A DNA stretch of 62,772 bases, counting the filler, from Chrysochromulina tobinii (taxonomy: Eukaryota), in the NCBI GenBank assembly GCA_001275005.1. It is 7 parts of 7 records of this genome, joined end to end, with 100 filler letters (N's around TTAATTAATTAA, not from the genome) between each part and the next. Parts side by side here need not be neighbours in the genome. Positions count along the whole stretch, not along the records: positions 39,329 to 56,880 come from JWZX01001137.1; positions 56,981 to 60,871 come from JWZX01001141.1; 5 more parts are not named here. One strand, 5' to 3'. Shown here in pieces: positions 49,771 through 60,971 of the stretch (within the stretch, counting starts at the first letter, position 1; every line of letters begins with the position of its first letter). A model generated the notes under the pieces. The model saw nothing but the letters and a program-made list of their open reading frames with translations. It did not search any database and was not told the origin of the DNA. The position numbers were made by a program, and so were the translations under genes.

Positions 49771-52700
49771 CTACTCGCGATAAAGTCCCAAGTCGTCGTC
49801 CTCGACCCCGAATTCTTGCAGGATCGCCGCGATGTTGTGCATCGCGCGCACGGCGTCATTATGACCATGCTGTGCTGCCACCGACTCCTCCTCGGAGTGC
49901 GCAGTGACGTGGAGCTTGGGGCATGCATAGCACGCGCACAGCCGCGGGTCGCGCCGTTGCGCTTCTGAGAATGAGCAGTTGCCCGTATCCGTGTCCTCCA
50001 GGCTGGCCAGTTGGTCGAAGCGCGCGAGGCTCTGAAAGTAGCCGAGGGGCGCGACAGTGTACGCGCCGAGGAGCACCGAGGCTCCGATGAAGAAGGTGCC
50101 CGCTATGATGCTGGTGCCCGTCGAGTTGGCGAGCGCGAGGCACTGAACGACGAGGGAGAGGCCGAGCACCTGCCCGAGGCGCCAACGGAACGTGAGCATC
50201 ATCTCCTGGTCCACAGACGGGCAAGAATTCGAGTGCCAGTGGCGCAGTGCGAAGCGGGTGCAGATCCATTTGAGGGCTAGCCCGAGCGCGGTGAGTAGGT
50301 ACGCAATCGGGAACAGGGGGCCCAGGAGGAGCCCCATCGAGAACGCGACGAACGCATACGAGTACGCCGCGCCGAGGTCGAGGGGCTTGGGCTGCCAGAG
50401 CCGCTTGAGCGTGCGTGGCGAGTAAGCGAGCCTCGAGTGTATGTACTTGGCGAGGATGGCGCTTGGGTTGAAGGCGTTCTGCACGTCGACTATGTAGCCG
50501 CACACGATGAGCAGCGCGGACGTTGCGATGAGCCCCCCTGGTTCATACCACGCCTGACTGCCCACGTCACCACCCGAGAGTAAGACAGCCGTCGTAAAGG
50601 GAAGGAACACGGAGTTGGTGACGAGGCCGAGCGAGAGCTTTGAGAAGATGCTCGACTGCTCTAGCGCCTGTGTGTCCTGAGCCTCCCAGTGCACCATTGC
50701 CACCGTCACCATCCGGATGATCACATTGAAGGCGATCGTGACGATCATCACGCCGAGCGTCGTCGCGGGCTCGACCACGGGACTCCATCCGCCCAGGTCG
50801 GCCATGCCAAAGTACGCTTGAGCGATCTTTGCGGCCAGGAGGGCCACGGCCCCGGCGAGCACGATCATGAGGATCGCGAGAGTGCCGAGGAGCACCATCA
50901 CGCGCTCGTGGGCCTGATCGAGCTCGAGTGCCTCCCAAATAATCTCGCGAGGCTCGGGCGCTGCCTGCACGACGAGCCCATCACCGAGCTTCTCGAATCC
51001 GAGGCAATAGTGGAGCGAGTCGACTGTCTCGAGCATGAACGTCTCACACCCCTCGGCGACCCGACTGGACGCCATCGCCTCGCGCAGCTCGCGCTCCGCG
51101 TGCTCCACGGCCGCCCTCGCGACCTCCACCGCCTTGGGAGATGCGAGCTCGAGATCGAGCACCGCCTTGGCGGCGGCAGAGGCGTTGGCGAGCACATTGC
51201 CGGCCTTAGCAGGCGGGTTGAAGAGCAGATAGAAGCGGTTGCGATCGAGCTCATGCTCAAAGACGACGAAGGCGTGCCCAGTCGACTCCTCCTCCTCCGA
51301 AGCGAGAAAACGGAGCTGCGCACGGAGCCGTTCGAATCTGGGCACCAGATTGGCGAGCGCCGTCCTGGTCGCGTCGCACGGCTTGCGCCGCGCGAGCAAA
51401 AAGGCGCGCTGGCACGCGAGCTCGTCGACAACCTCCTCGAGCCTCAGGATGGCCTCCGCCGTCACCTTCTCCTCCCTGCAGCGGCGGGCGACCTCGACGT
51501 GATGCACCTGCATGCAATGAGCGAGGCAACCACTGGCAATAAGTGGTAATCAGTGGCAATCAGATGCGACCTCGACGTGATGTACCTTGCCCTTGAAGTA
51601 GCCGGGCTGCCGCAGGTAGGTGAGTCTCTCGATGTTCGCCTTGAGTCGCTGTGGAGAGGATGGCATTTGGTGGCACGCAGACACGGCAGACACGATGGCA
51701 TGGGCACATGGCGAGCAGGGTACGGAGGCACACAGAGGCATGCAGTGGTATTCAGTGATAATTCAGTGGCACTCAGTGGCCATCAGAAGCACTCAGAAGC
51801 ACTCAGAAGCATTCAGCGACACTCAGCGGCACTCAGCGGCATATCAGTGGCATATCAGTGGCACTCAGTGGCACTCAGAAGCACTCAGAAGCACTCAGTG
51901 GCACTCAGTGGCACTCAGTGGCACTCAGAAGCACTCAGAAGCACTCAGAAGCACTCAGAAGCACTCAGTGGCACTCAGTACGCACCTGCAACAGCTCGTG
52001 GGGGGGCAAGCTTTCGTCGAGCCCCTTGATCCAGAGGGCATAGTCGGCCGTCGTGATCATTGCCTCGTCCTCGGCCTTGGCCATCGTGCCCGCTAGCCAT
52101 CGGATGCGCACGAGGAAGAGGATGACAAGCACGATGCACAGCAGCATCGAGAGCATCGAGAAGTCCGACCAGGGAGTGGTCCCGCTACCCGTGGGCTCGC
52201 TACCCGCGCACCAGCGAGCCGTGGAGACCTCGACGAGCAGCCCGGACTTCCCAGTGGATACAGTGGGATGCTCGAGAGCATCGAGGACAGTGGGGTGCTC
52301 GGCGAACATGCCCATCGGCAGCACCGCCTGATGCAACGAGCATGGAGCACGGAGCTGCAATCAGACGCAAGCAGATGCAAGGAGACGCGCAAGGAGACGC
52401 AATCAGAGCCACTTACCTGATCGCAGCGAGCGAGCACCCTCGTGTCGCAGTCGCGGTACTCGTTGCACCCGCCGAGCGAGCTGCCTAATATGGAGCCTTG
52501 GACGACCTTCCAAATCGAGGCGTGCTGAAAACGGCGAATGGGGAGTCCCTCCCACCCGCATTCCGCTGGCGGGAACTTGAGCTTCGCCTCGAGGTGCTTC
52601 AGCTCGGCCTTGGACGCATTGCCCAGGTTGGTCAGGGCTTGATAGCCGGCCACCGTCGAGCCGGCGTCGCGGCAGGCGGCGCGCGCCTCGCTGCGCATCA

Positions 52701-53628
52701 GGTTGTCGCGGATCGTGGGCAGCGAGAGCATGAACAAGGCCGTGAACACGAGGGCACCCTCGAGAGCCACCCTCATGAAGAGGCTCAGCGCCACGGGCAC
52801 CGCGTAGTTGAAGTCGTTGTCGCCAGTTCGGGGCACCACCGGGATGCGTGCGAACCTCTGACTTGACGCCTCGTCCTCCCAAATCAGCTCATCGTCCTGC
52901 AGACGCAGCGTGATGGGCCGGGGTAGGGTGGAGATCAACGTGGCGACCTCGGCAGCGGAGAGCCGGATGCTCTGCGCGTTGATCGCAATGATCGTGCTAC
53001 GCGGCGCGATCCCTTGCTCATTTGCCGGCGAGTCGGGCAGCACGCGGTCGATGCGCACGGCCCCGAGCGCCGTATCGGTAAGGACGAGCCCAATGCTGCT
53101 GCAAGTGAAGGTGTAGTCCCTGATGCCGGTTCGATGGTGGTCGCTCGTGTATGTCGCATCCTTGTCGCTGATCACATACGCGCGGACGTGCTCGCCCATG
53201 GACGCCTCCTTGGCCTCGGCGAAAGCCGCGGGCGGCAGCCGAGGAGGCATGAGTCGGTCGCGATAGCAGCAACAGCACGTGAAGGCGATGAGCAGCAGGA
53301 GTGCGACCGTCCCTATGACTATGAATGTAATGTTGTGCGAGGCGAGGACCAATCCGTCGCTAGCGCTGGCAACCCCAGCGCTAGAGTTCGTATCATTGAC
53401 TAAAGGGGCACTGGCGACCCCAGCGCCGGAGCTCGTATCATTGACCGAATTGAGGTGATGGCTGTGCACCGGCCATCCTCTTGGCGCTGCCAGTGCCGAT
53501 AGCGGCTCCGCGGCATCCTGTGCGATGAGCTCGGTGGCAACGCGGTGGAGACCTAGCAATAGCGGATCAGTGCGCTGGAAGTTTTCCGGCGGCACCATTA
53601 ACCGCAGTGAGGGTTCGAGCACCACCAT
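49771..53628 (-). CDS. OSCA/TMEM63 (CSC1) mechanosensitive channel with N-terminal TM + PDZ-like domain; exons 53628-52417, 52327 (or 52354)-51986, 51648-51586, 51507-49771
   Basis: TADYALWIKGL, TGHAFVVFE, QAAPEPREIIWEAL and multiple TMs; PDZ-like SSIGLVL...VRIDRVLPDSPA...IIAIN...RPITLRL; all introns GT-AG, phase 0. Confidence 0.85.
51649..51985 (-). repeat. Intron with ~20 copies of a 10-bp GCACTCAG(TG/AA) unit (sense: CTGAGTGC)
   Basis: Array seen at ~51760-51980 between donor CAG|GTGCGT and acceptor CCACAG|. Confidence 0.9.
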
Positions 53629-53836
53629 TCGCTCCTAAAATGTGTTTCCATAAATGGAAAAGTCCGACATGCATTTCCGCATGGCCGCCGACTCCCCGGG
53701 GGGGGCACGGAGAGGAGTTGAACTGCTCTGTGTTAGAAATCACTCAGAGAAACATTCACATTTCACTTAGCGTTTTGTGACAAGGCTGTGTTTTCATTGT
53801 GTTACGGTGTCGAATTCTAAACATTGGCTGTGAAAA

Positions 53837-55747
53837 ATGGCCACGCCCACGGGTCGAGCCCGCCTCCTTGACGGCAGCGCCCCCAAGGGACCCTTTACGT
53901 GGCTCCGGCGCCTCCCCATCCCCTCCAGCGACCCTCGAAACACTTCCTTCTTTGCCTTCCAAATCCCCCAACTCTTCCCTGTTACCCTCGCCCTCGACCT
54001 CCTCCTCTTACCGCCTACACAAGGGGAAGGCAACATTACCCACTGCACCGCCTGTTCCACCGTTGCCCAACCCTGCGGATACCCCCTCGTCGGCCCTGGC
54101 GATCGACACTTTGTTCACTGTCCCCATGGCCTGAGACTCCATACCACTTCTCACGATCCCTCCGTTCAAGCCCTTGTTCCCTTTCTTGATGCTATCCTTG
54201 GCGAATCGCGAGTTACCGCGGAACGAGGCGGCCAGGGAGGCCAACGAGCTGTCGACCAATGGATGCAAAACAACCCCATTTCGCACGCCCCTGATATCAT
54301 TCTACGTGACTACGATGGACCCAACTCCTACGTTCTCATCGATCTCAAGACCCTTGACGCGGCTGCTCCGACGCACATCACAGCCCACCATTCTGACCGC
54401 TCGCGAATGAAGGCCCATCTCGCTATTGCATCCCACTCACGCCGCAACCAATATCATGACATTGGGCCCAATATGCGATTAGTCATCATTGCAATCAGTA
54501 CGTGTGGAGCCATCAACGATGAAGGAATCGCCTTCATAGCCAACCTTGCCAAACGCACAGACAACTCCATCCCCCCAACCCTTCTCGAACAAGCCTCTTG
54601 GGCCACGCCCAGGCTTGCCCCGATGATACGAATGGCCTTATGCTTTGCCGTCCGACGAGGCCTCGCTACTGCTGTCTACCGTTGGTGGAGACGATTCCCA
54701 GCCCTTGACCCGCGACCCCCACCACCCCCACACCCGCCACAACTTTTGCCGCCCCCTTTCCCACCTTCGTTCTCACCGCCTCCCTCACCGCCGTCTTCAC
54801 CGACTCCTTTCGATCCCCCTGCTGATGCCTCCCACGTCATGATGACCGAACCCACCCCCATCATCACCGATGCCCAACCCCAGCCTCCTCAACACCCCTC
54901 CCTAGACCCCCGCGAGCATCAGGGGCTGATCTCACGACTTTTTGTTACTGAGCGCCACTCGACTCTCTTAGAATCTGAACTCAAGTCCCTTGACCTCGAG
55001 AATCAGCGCCTCAAGTCACGCCTTGAAGTTCTCGAAGCCGACGCCATCCGCCTCAACCTCGAAAACGACCGACTCTCGACGAAAATTGATGAGGCGATTT
55101 ACATTCAGTGGCACAGCACTGACTACATCAACACGCAACTCGCTCAACGAGCTGATGCACTCCATCGATTTCGCATTCGCGAAGACGGCATCTTTTGCAA
55201 CTGCTGCGCCCTCCTTCGCCTTCCTGACCATTTCTTCCCAGCAATGCTTGCTGATCGAGTACCCCCTTCCCGGCGTCGATGCGTCTTTTGCGTCCAAGTG
55301 GTCAGGACGAACTTCGACTGCTTTGGACGTGACTTCTTTACCCCCCCTGGCTTCATCATGCCCCGCCCTCACCCTTCTGACCTGCAACGCCTTTCTGATC
55401 TCCACCGTTGCTACTCGTGCGCTTCCATACGCCACGTCTCGATGATCTTCCCAGTTTTCGATGCTCACGTCCCGGTTGACCTTGCCCCCCTTGATTCCCA
55501 AGCTCTACTCCTTGCTCCCCTCTCCCGTGATGCCCCCCGCGCCCACACCACTAGCCGGAAGTTCCCTATTTGTGTCTTCTGCAGACGTGACCTCCTCCAC
55601 GGTCATAGCGCTCCCCCCAGACCGCCACGATCCCAGCCTTACGAGTCTATCCCCGATTGGGAGCCTGATCCAGACAACCCAGGTGATTGTGACTCCTCTG
55701 ATGATTTTGATGACCCTGACGGCCACGACCACGAGGGTCACTTCTAA
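53837..55747 (+). mobile_element. Non-LTR retrotransposon-type (CRE/R2-like) Zn-knuckle + restriction-like endonuclease ORF lacking RT, with Pro-rich/coiled-coil/Cys-rich extension
   Basis: WLRRLP...CTAC...HFVHC...SHD...HAPDIIL...LIDLKT...IAISTCGAI...AVRRGLA follows the RLE pattern; strongly C-rich composition unlike flanking genes. Confidence 0.75.
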
Positions 55748-57852
55748 GCCCCATCCCCCTGATTAGTTCGAACGTTGGCAAGTGATCTGACTGCCTCCTC
55801 TCCCGCTGACCAGGCTGGTCAGACGTGATGGCGAGTGATAGCGAGTGACCTGACTGCCTCCTTTGCTACTGATCAGGCTGGTCGGACCGCGCCCTTACCA
55901 GCCTGCTGACTCAGGTGCGGATCACTTTGAACGCGTACACCTAGCCCGGGGGGTTGGGCAGGCACCAGGCGACTCTGTGCGAAGGATGCATGAGGGGCTT
56001 GCCTCCTGGAGGAGCCCCGTGCTATACACCTGACCACTTTGCCCTCTCTTGCCGCAGCTAGGGCCTCCCTTTTTTACCCAAGGCACGGCAGTGGGCGACG
56101 TTGGCTGGGTTTGGACATGAAGAGCACGCCCGATCCTTTTTCAGGGTGCTTCGATCCATTCCGGTGATCAACGTGCTCACGTTCCGAGTGATCCCGTCCT
56201 GATCTCACTCGGGCCGTCAAGGTAAGCGATCCCGCATCGATCTCGCTTCGCCGCCGAAGGCTTTTTGGGGCCCCACGACCTGCACAACGCGTCTCGGCTC
56301 TTTTTTTCCACCCGCAGAGGCGTGGTTTTGACCGAGACATCGAGGCTCAGCGTGATGGAGCGCTCATTGTTTTTCCTGAGGCTCAGAGTTATGAGCGCTC
56401 ACTTTTTTGGCCTGCCTGGCTGTATCGTTTCCTTCCTCGAGGCACATGTGGAGCTCCTTGGGTGATTGCCCCTCGGAGGGGAGAGCTGAAGAGGGCCCCT
56501 GTCTCGAATCTGGCTCTATGCCAGGCCGTTGGCATGCGCGAGGACGGACGGAGCTCGCGTATCTTCAGGGGGTGGCGACATGCACGATTCAGTTCGACAC
56601 TCGTTGCCCCCTGGCTCGCCCATCTGGGGGTTCACCGCCCACGTTGGCGGGCGCACTCCCTCCCGAGTTCATATATGGGGCCTGCCCTTCTTCTCTTTCT
56701 TTGGCTGTATCTCAGCTCTCTGCCTACATGTGTCTCAGTCCGGTGTCCTGCTTTGTATTGTATTGTCTTCACAGCTGTCCTCCTTACGTGTGTGTGTGTA
56801 TTAAGGTAGTCCGCTCGCACTCATTAGGGTAATTTTGGAAATCAGCCCTACATAAATCAATGAGTCCCAAGGCCCCCGGGNNNNNNNNNNNNNNNNNNNN
56901 NNNNNNNNNNNNNNNNNNNNNNNNTTAATTAATTAANNNNNNNNNNNNNNNNNNNNNNNNNNNNNNNNNNNNNNNNNNNNGTGCGATTGATTCATCTAGC
57001 ACCAGTTCTACATCCACTGCTCATCGAGGCGCGCCGGAGCGGCGCCGAGCGGATCAGCGGCGGACTCTGACCCCCCCAGATTCTCGTTGCATCACGTAAT
57101 CTGTTTCGTCATGGAAACGGTTCAAGTAACAATCAGTTTCCATGGAAAAACGCAGAGCTGGGTACTTTCAAAACAACGCAACCAAAACGTAGTGAGTGGG
57201 TGGGGCCTTCGCTCGAACGCGTGCAGCAGCGGTGGGTGCCTGGGTATGGGTGCCCCGGGCGCCCCTACAGCCGCCACCACATCGCACATGGACAAAAGCG
57301 CCCCCACAGCCGGTGCACGGACAAAAGCGCCCCCACAGCCGCCAATGCGCGCGCGCGCGCCTAGAGGGGTAAAATGTTGACAAAGATATCACGATTCAAG
57401 TAGCCTTAGACGCGCTACCCCGTTAACTACCCTTGGTATCATGCGCGGATGCATGCAGGAAAACACAACTGTGTTACTGTCCAAATCTGGAATTTGATAC
57501 TCGGCCGCTGCCAGGTCGCAAACTCATCGCGCCATACCCCGCGCGCGCGCGCGAAGCCCGAGCGCGGAGAGCAGAGTCCATAGCCAAAAGTGGGTAACAA
57601 AAGGGAATGCATGTATGACACGCGTTGTGCCGAGCTGCCTCCTTCGTGCCCGGAAACAATCATGATGCGTGATAATTCATGATAATTGGCGTTGTTAGCG
57701 TTGAGTAACAAACTACATTGTACATTTATTTTATTGGAGTAATGAACTACACTCCATGGGCACTTTAGCATGCAGCTTTACGAACCCCCCTTTTGGGACG
57801 GAAGACAAAATCGTTTCTCCACGTGTGCGCCTTTGGTCCTGGCACCTTCTCA

Positions 57853-60427
57853 ATGCTACTCCCTCTTCTTTCCTGCTCCCTTTCCAGTCCCTTTCCTTCC
57901 CTTCCCTATTTACCAAACACGTCACTGCCCTGCGCGACGCTGCTCGATCAGCTCACGCCACCAAAGTCGACATGCCCCGGCCGTACGCGCCCGCTGCTGA
58001 TCATGGCGGGCGATGGCAAGACTGGAACGTCGACGTATGCCTGGGCTGCGCAGGAGTTGGGGCTCGCTACAGGCCACTGGGAACAGTTCCTGTGCCCAAA
58101 CGTCATGGGCATCGCTGAGTGCACCCGGCGCGAGCGCGCGTGGTTGAGCTTTCGATCGGCCGTTTGGGGCCTGAAACCGAGCGAGCTTGCCTCCTTCGAC
58201 TACTGCGGTGCGCTCAAGGACCTCGATGCAGTCGCCGACGTGCCCATCTCGCAGCTCTTCCCGTTCCTGTATGCGGCGCACTCGGACGCCCGGGTGGTAC
58301 TGACTGTTCGAAAAAGTGAGGAGTGGTACCCTCGGCGGATCCAGTGGGCGCAGGGCACGGATTTGGCGCCCAACTTCTGGATCAGCGGCACGTCGATCAG
58401 CGACACGTGCATATCGCCCCACGGCAGCACCTTGAAGGACTGTCTCGTCGCCAGAGGGACCGTCGGCCGTCACGCGCACGTGATGGGCATCGAGGCGGCC
58501 TCGTGGAGTTACTTTGCAGAGCTCGCAGTAGTCGTGTGCCTTGTGCCGCCCGATCGGCTCACCATCACGGATCTCTTTTTAGACCACAGTGACCGCCAGA
58601 TCGATGCGGAGCGCTGGAAGCGCTTGGCGCAACTCGCGGACGTGCCTCTGCCTGGGTGGGCAGCCACGCATCCCTTCCGCGGGTCGCCGCCCGAGTGCCT
58701 CACGAAGGATTCCAGCCATAGAAATCGCCTCGCGAGCTGCATCTCCTTCTGGCGCAGCTACAACGAGTTCTGGCAGACACACGATCGCTCCGACAGAGGC
58801 GAAAAGGTGCACCCGCCGCTCCCAACTGTGCTTAGAGCCGGAGCCAATTGGCTGCGCTACCTTGCCCCCCTGGGGGCAGGGGCCACGTCCGGCGCCTCCT
58901 CATGCGCCGGCCGCCGCCGTCCGCTCGTCCTGCTGGCCGGCCAGGGCGCGACGGGCACGGGTACCTATGCGTGGGCATTACAGCAGCTCGGGCTGGCTGT
59001 GGGACACTGGGACGCCTTTCTCTGCCCAAACGCCATGGGCATCGCTGAGTGCACCCGGCGCGAGCGCGCGTGGTTGAGCTTTCGATCGGCCGTTTGGGGC
59101 CTGAAACCGAGCGAGCTTGCCTCCTTCGACTACTGCGGTGCGCTCAAGGACCTCGATGCAGTCGCCGACGTGCCCATCTCGCAGCTCTTCCCGTTCCTGT
59201 ATGCGGCGCACTCGGACGCCCGGGTGGTACTCACGGTGCAGAACAGCGTCGAGTGGTACCACCAGCGTGCACAAGAGCATCACGGCTTGCATGCCGCCCC
59301 ATTTTACTGGATGATGGAGCGAAGCTTGTCGGAGATCTATCCGAAACTAGCTATCGGATCCGATCTTGGAACTATCTCTTTAGGCGGCGCGAGCCTCGAG
59401 CTCCTCGAGAGGCAGGCGGCGAAATCGCCGAGCGTTGCGAGCGTGGGCTGGGCAACGTCGCAATGCGGCCCTGCGGTGGCGTGGTCCTACGTGACTGAGA
59501 TGGCGCTGACCATGTGCACCGTGCCGCCCTCGCGTAACATGCGGCTGTGGAGTCTTGAACCCCTTCCCATGCTGCCCATGACCCCGTCAGCGAAGCTGTG
59601 CCCGACCTTGGCCCGACAGCACGAGCACGTGTCCCGCCAGCGTCACCACCACCGCGTAACCACCGCGTCCTCGCTCACCTCGCTGTCTTGCGCGTTCGAG
59701 CCCCTTTCTGTGCATAGAGCTGCTGCTGGACAACCTCTTCGCCGAGGAGCAGCCGAGTAACGCAGATCGCTGGAAAGCCCTCGCAAGGCTCGTTGACTTG
59801 CCACTGCCCGCGTGGGCTGCCCATAGGGCCTTCCACCAGGCCGACGAGCCTCCCTTGCCGTCATTGCCGAAGCCTTCGCCGCCGTTACCGCCGCAACATC
59901 CCCCGATGCCCGACCCTTCTTCCCCTCCGTCGCCGTCGCCACTGCCTGCGCCGCCGCCGCCGCTGCCGCCGCCGCCGCCACCGCCGACGTTGCCACCGCC
60001 GACGGTGCCACCCTGGCTACCGCCAGCATTCACTCTGCCTGCGTCGGCGTCGGCCTTGCAATTCGTCAGCCTCTCCCTGCTCCTTGTCGGCCTCAGCCTG
60101 CTCCTTGTCGGCCTCAGCCTGCTTCTGCTCGCTGCCTGCAAGCGCGGCCCTGTTAGGTTGTGTGGGCGTGGGACGGACGATGCCGAGCCCGCACCGCTCG
60201 TGAAGCCCGCGGTCAAGAGCGACAAGAATAGGCGTGGCTCCATGAGGCTCGTCAACGAGGCTGAGACGGAGATCGAGTCTTGGGTAGGGCCCAAGGAGCC
60301 CCAGAAGCCGCGTCGTGCGCGCCGGTCGCATCGCCAAGCCAAAGGCCGTGTCGTCGAGTGCGCTGACCAGGGGGGCGAGGAGCAGCAGGGCGACGCATCG
60401 CTTACGCAGGCGGGATCGGAGACGTGA
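57853..60427 (+). CDS. Type I membrane protein with two tandem Sulfotransfer_4-like P-loop domains, Pro-rich stalk and TM; intron 59534-59717
   Basis: MAGDGKTGTST and LAGQGATGTGT; DAVADVP...ARVVLTVR...EEWY. Splicing gives QLLLDNLF...ADRWKALARLVDLPLPAWAA, matching domain 1 (AERWKRLAQLADVPLPGWAA). Confidence 0.8.
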
Positions 60428-60971
60428 AAAATTCAACTTGACATGAATATACCGGGATCGGAGACGGCAGCGCCGCCCAAGAAACACGTCGTCACAAAGA
60501 GCGGCTCAGACGAGAGCGGCGGTGTAATTAACCGAACGAGCAGACTACAATACATTTCAGATACACTCAGATACATTCGAGATTCACGTAGTATCTCGAA
60601 TGTTTCCCGATAGGGTATCCTGAGAGTCATTCTTAATCATTGCTAGTACGTGCATCCAAAAGTTGAAAGGCCGGTTCGTCCGGGGTCGGCGCGGGCCGGG
60701 ATATCAAAATCAAAAAATTCCCAGGTCGACGTATAGGATCGACATGTATCTACAGGCAGGTGTGACACCGGGGATACGTTCATGAGTCGGTAAACCGGGT
60801 CCGGGACGTTCCGGTCGCATGCACGTAGAGTTACGTCAAGCGCTGTCCCGGTGAAAGGGCGCGCGGTGTTTNNNNNNNNNNNNNNNNNNNNNNNNNNNNN
60901 NNNNNNNNNNNNNNNTTAATTAATTAANNNNNNNNNNNNNNNNNNNNNNNNNNNNNNNNNNNNNNNNNNNN

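Noticed and set aside
56484..56512. CTGAAGAG...CTCGAA hammerhead-like core
   Set aside because: GAAT instead of GAAA, a weak stem II, and no convincing stems I and III.
57289..57342. Two copies of GGACAAAAGCGCCCCCACAGCCG
   Set aside because: Only two units; an ordinary local duplication with no further support.
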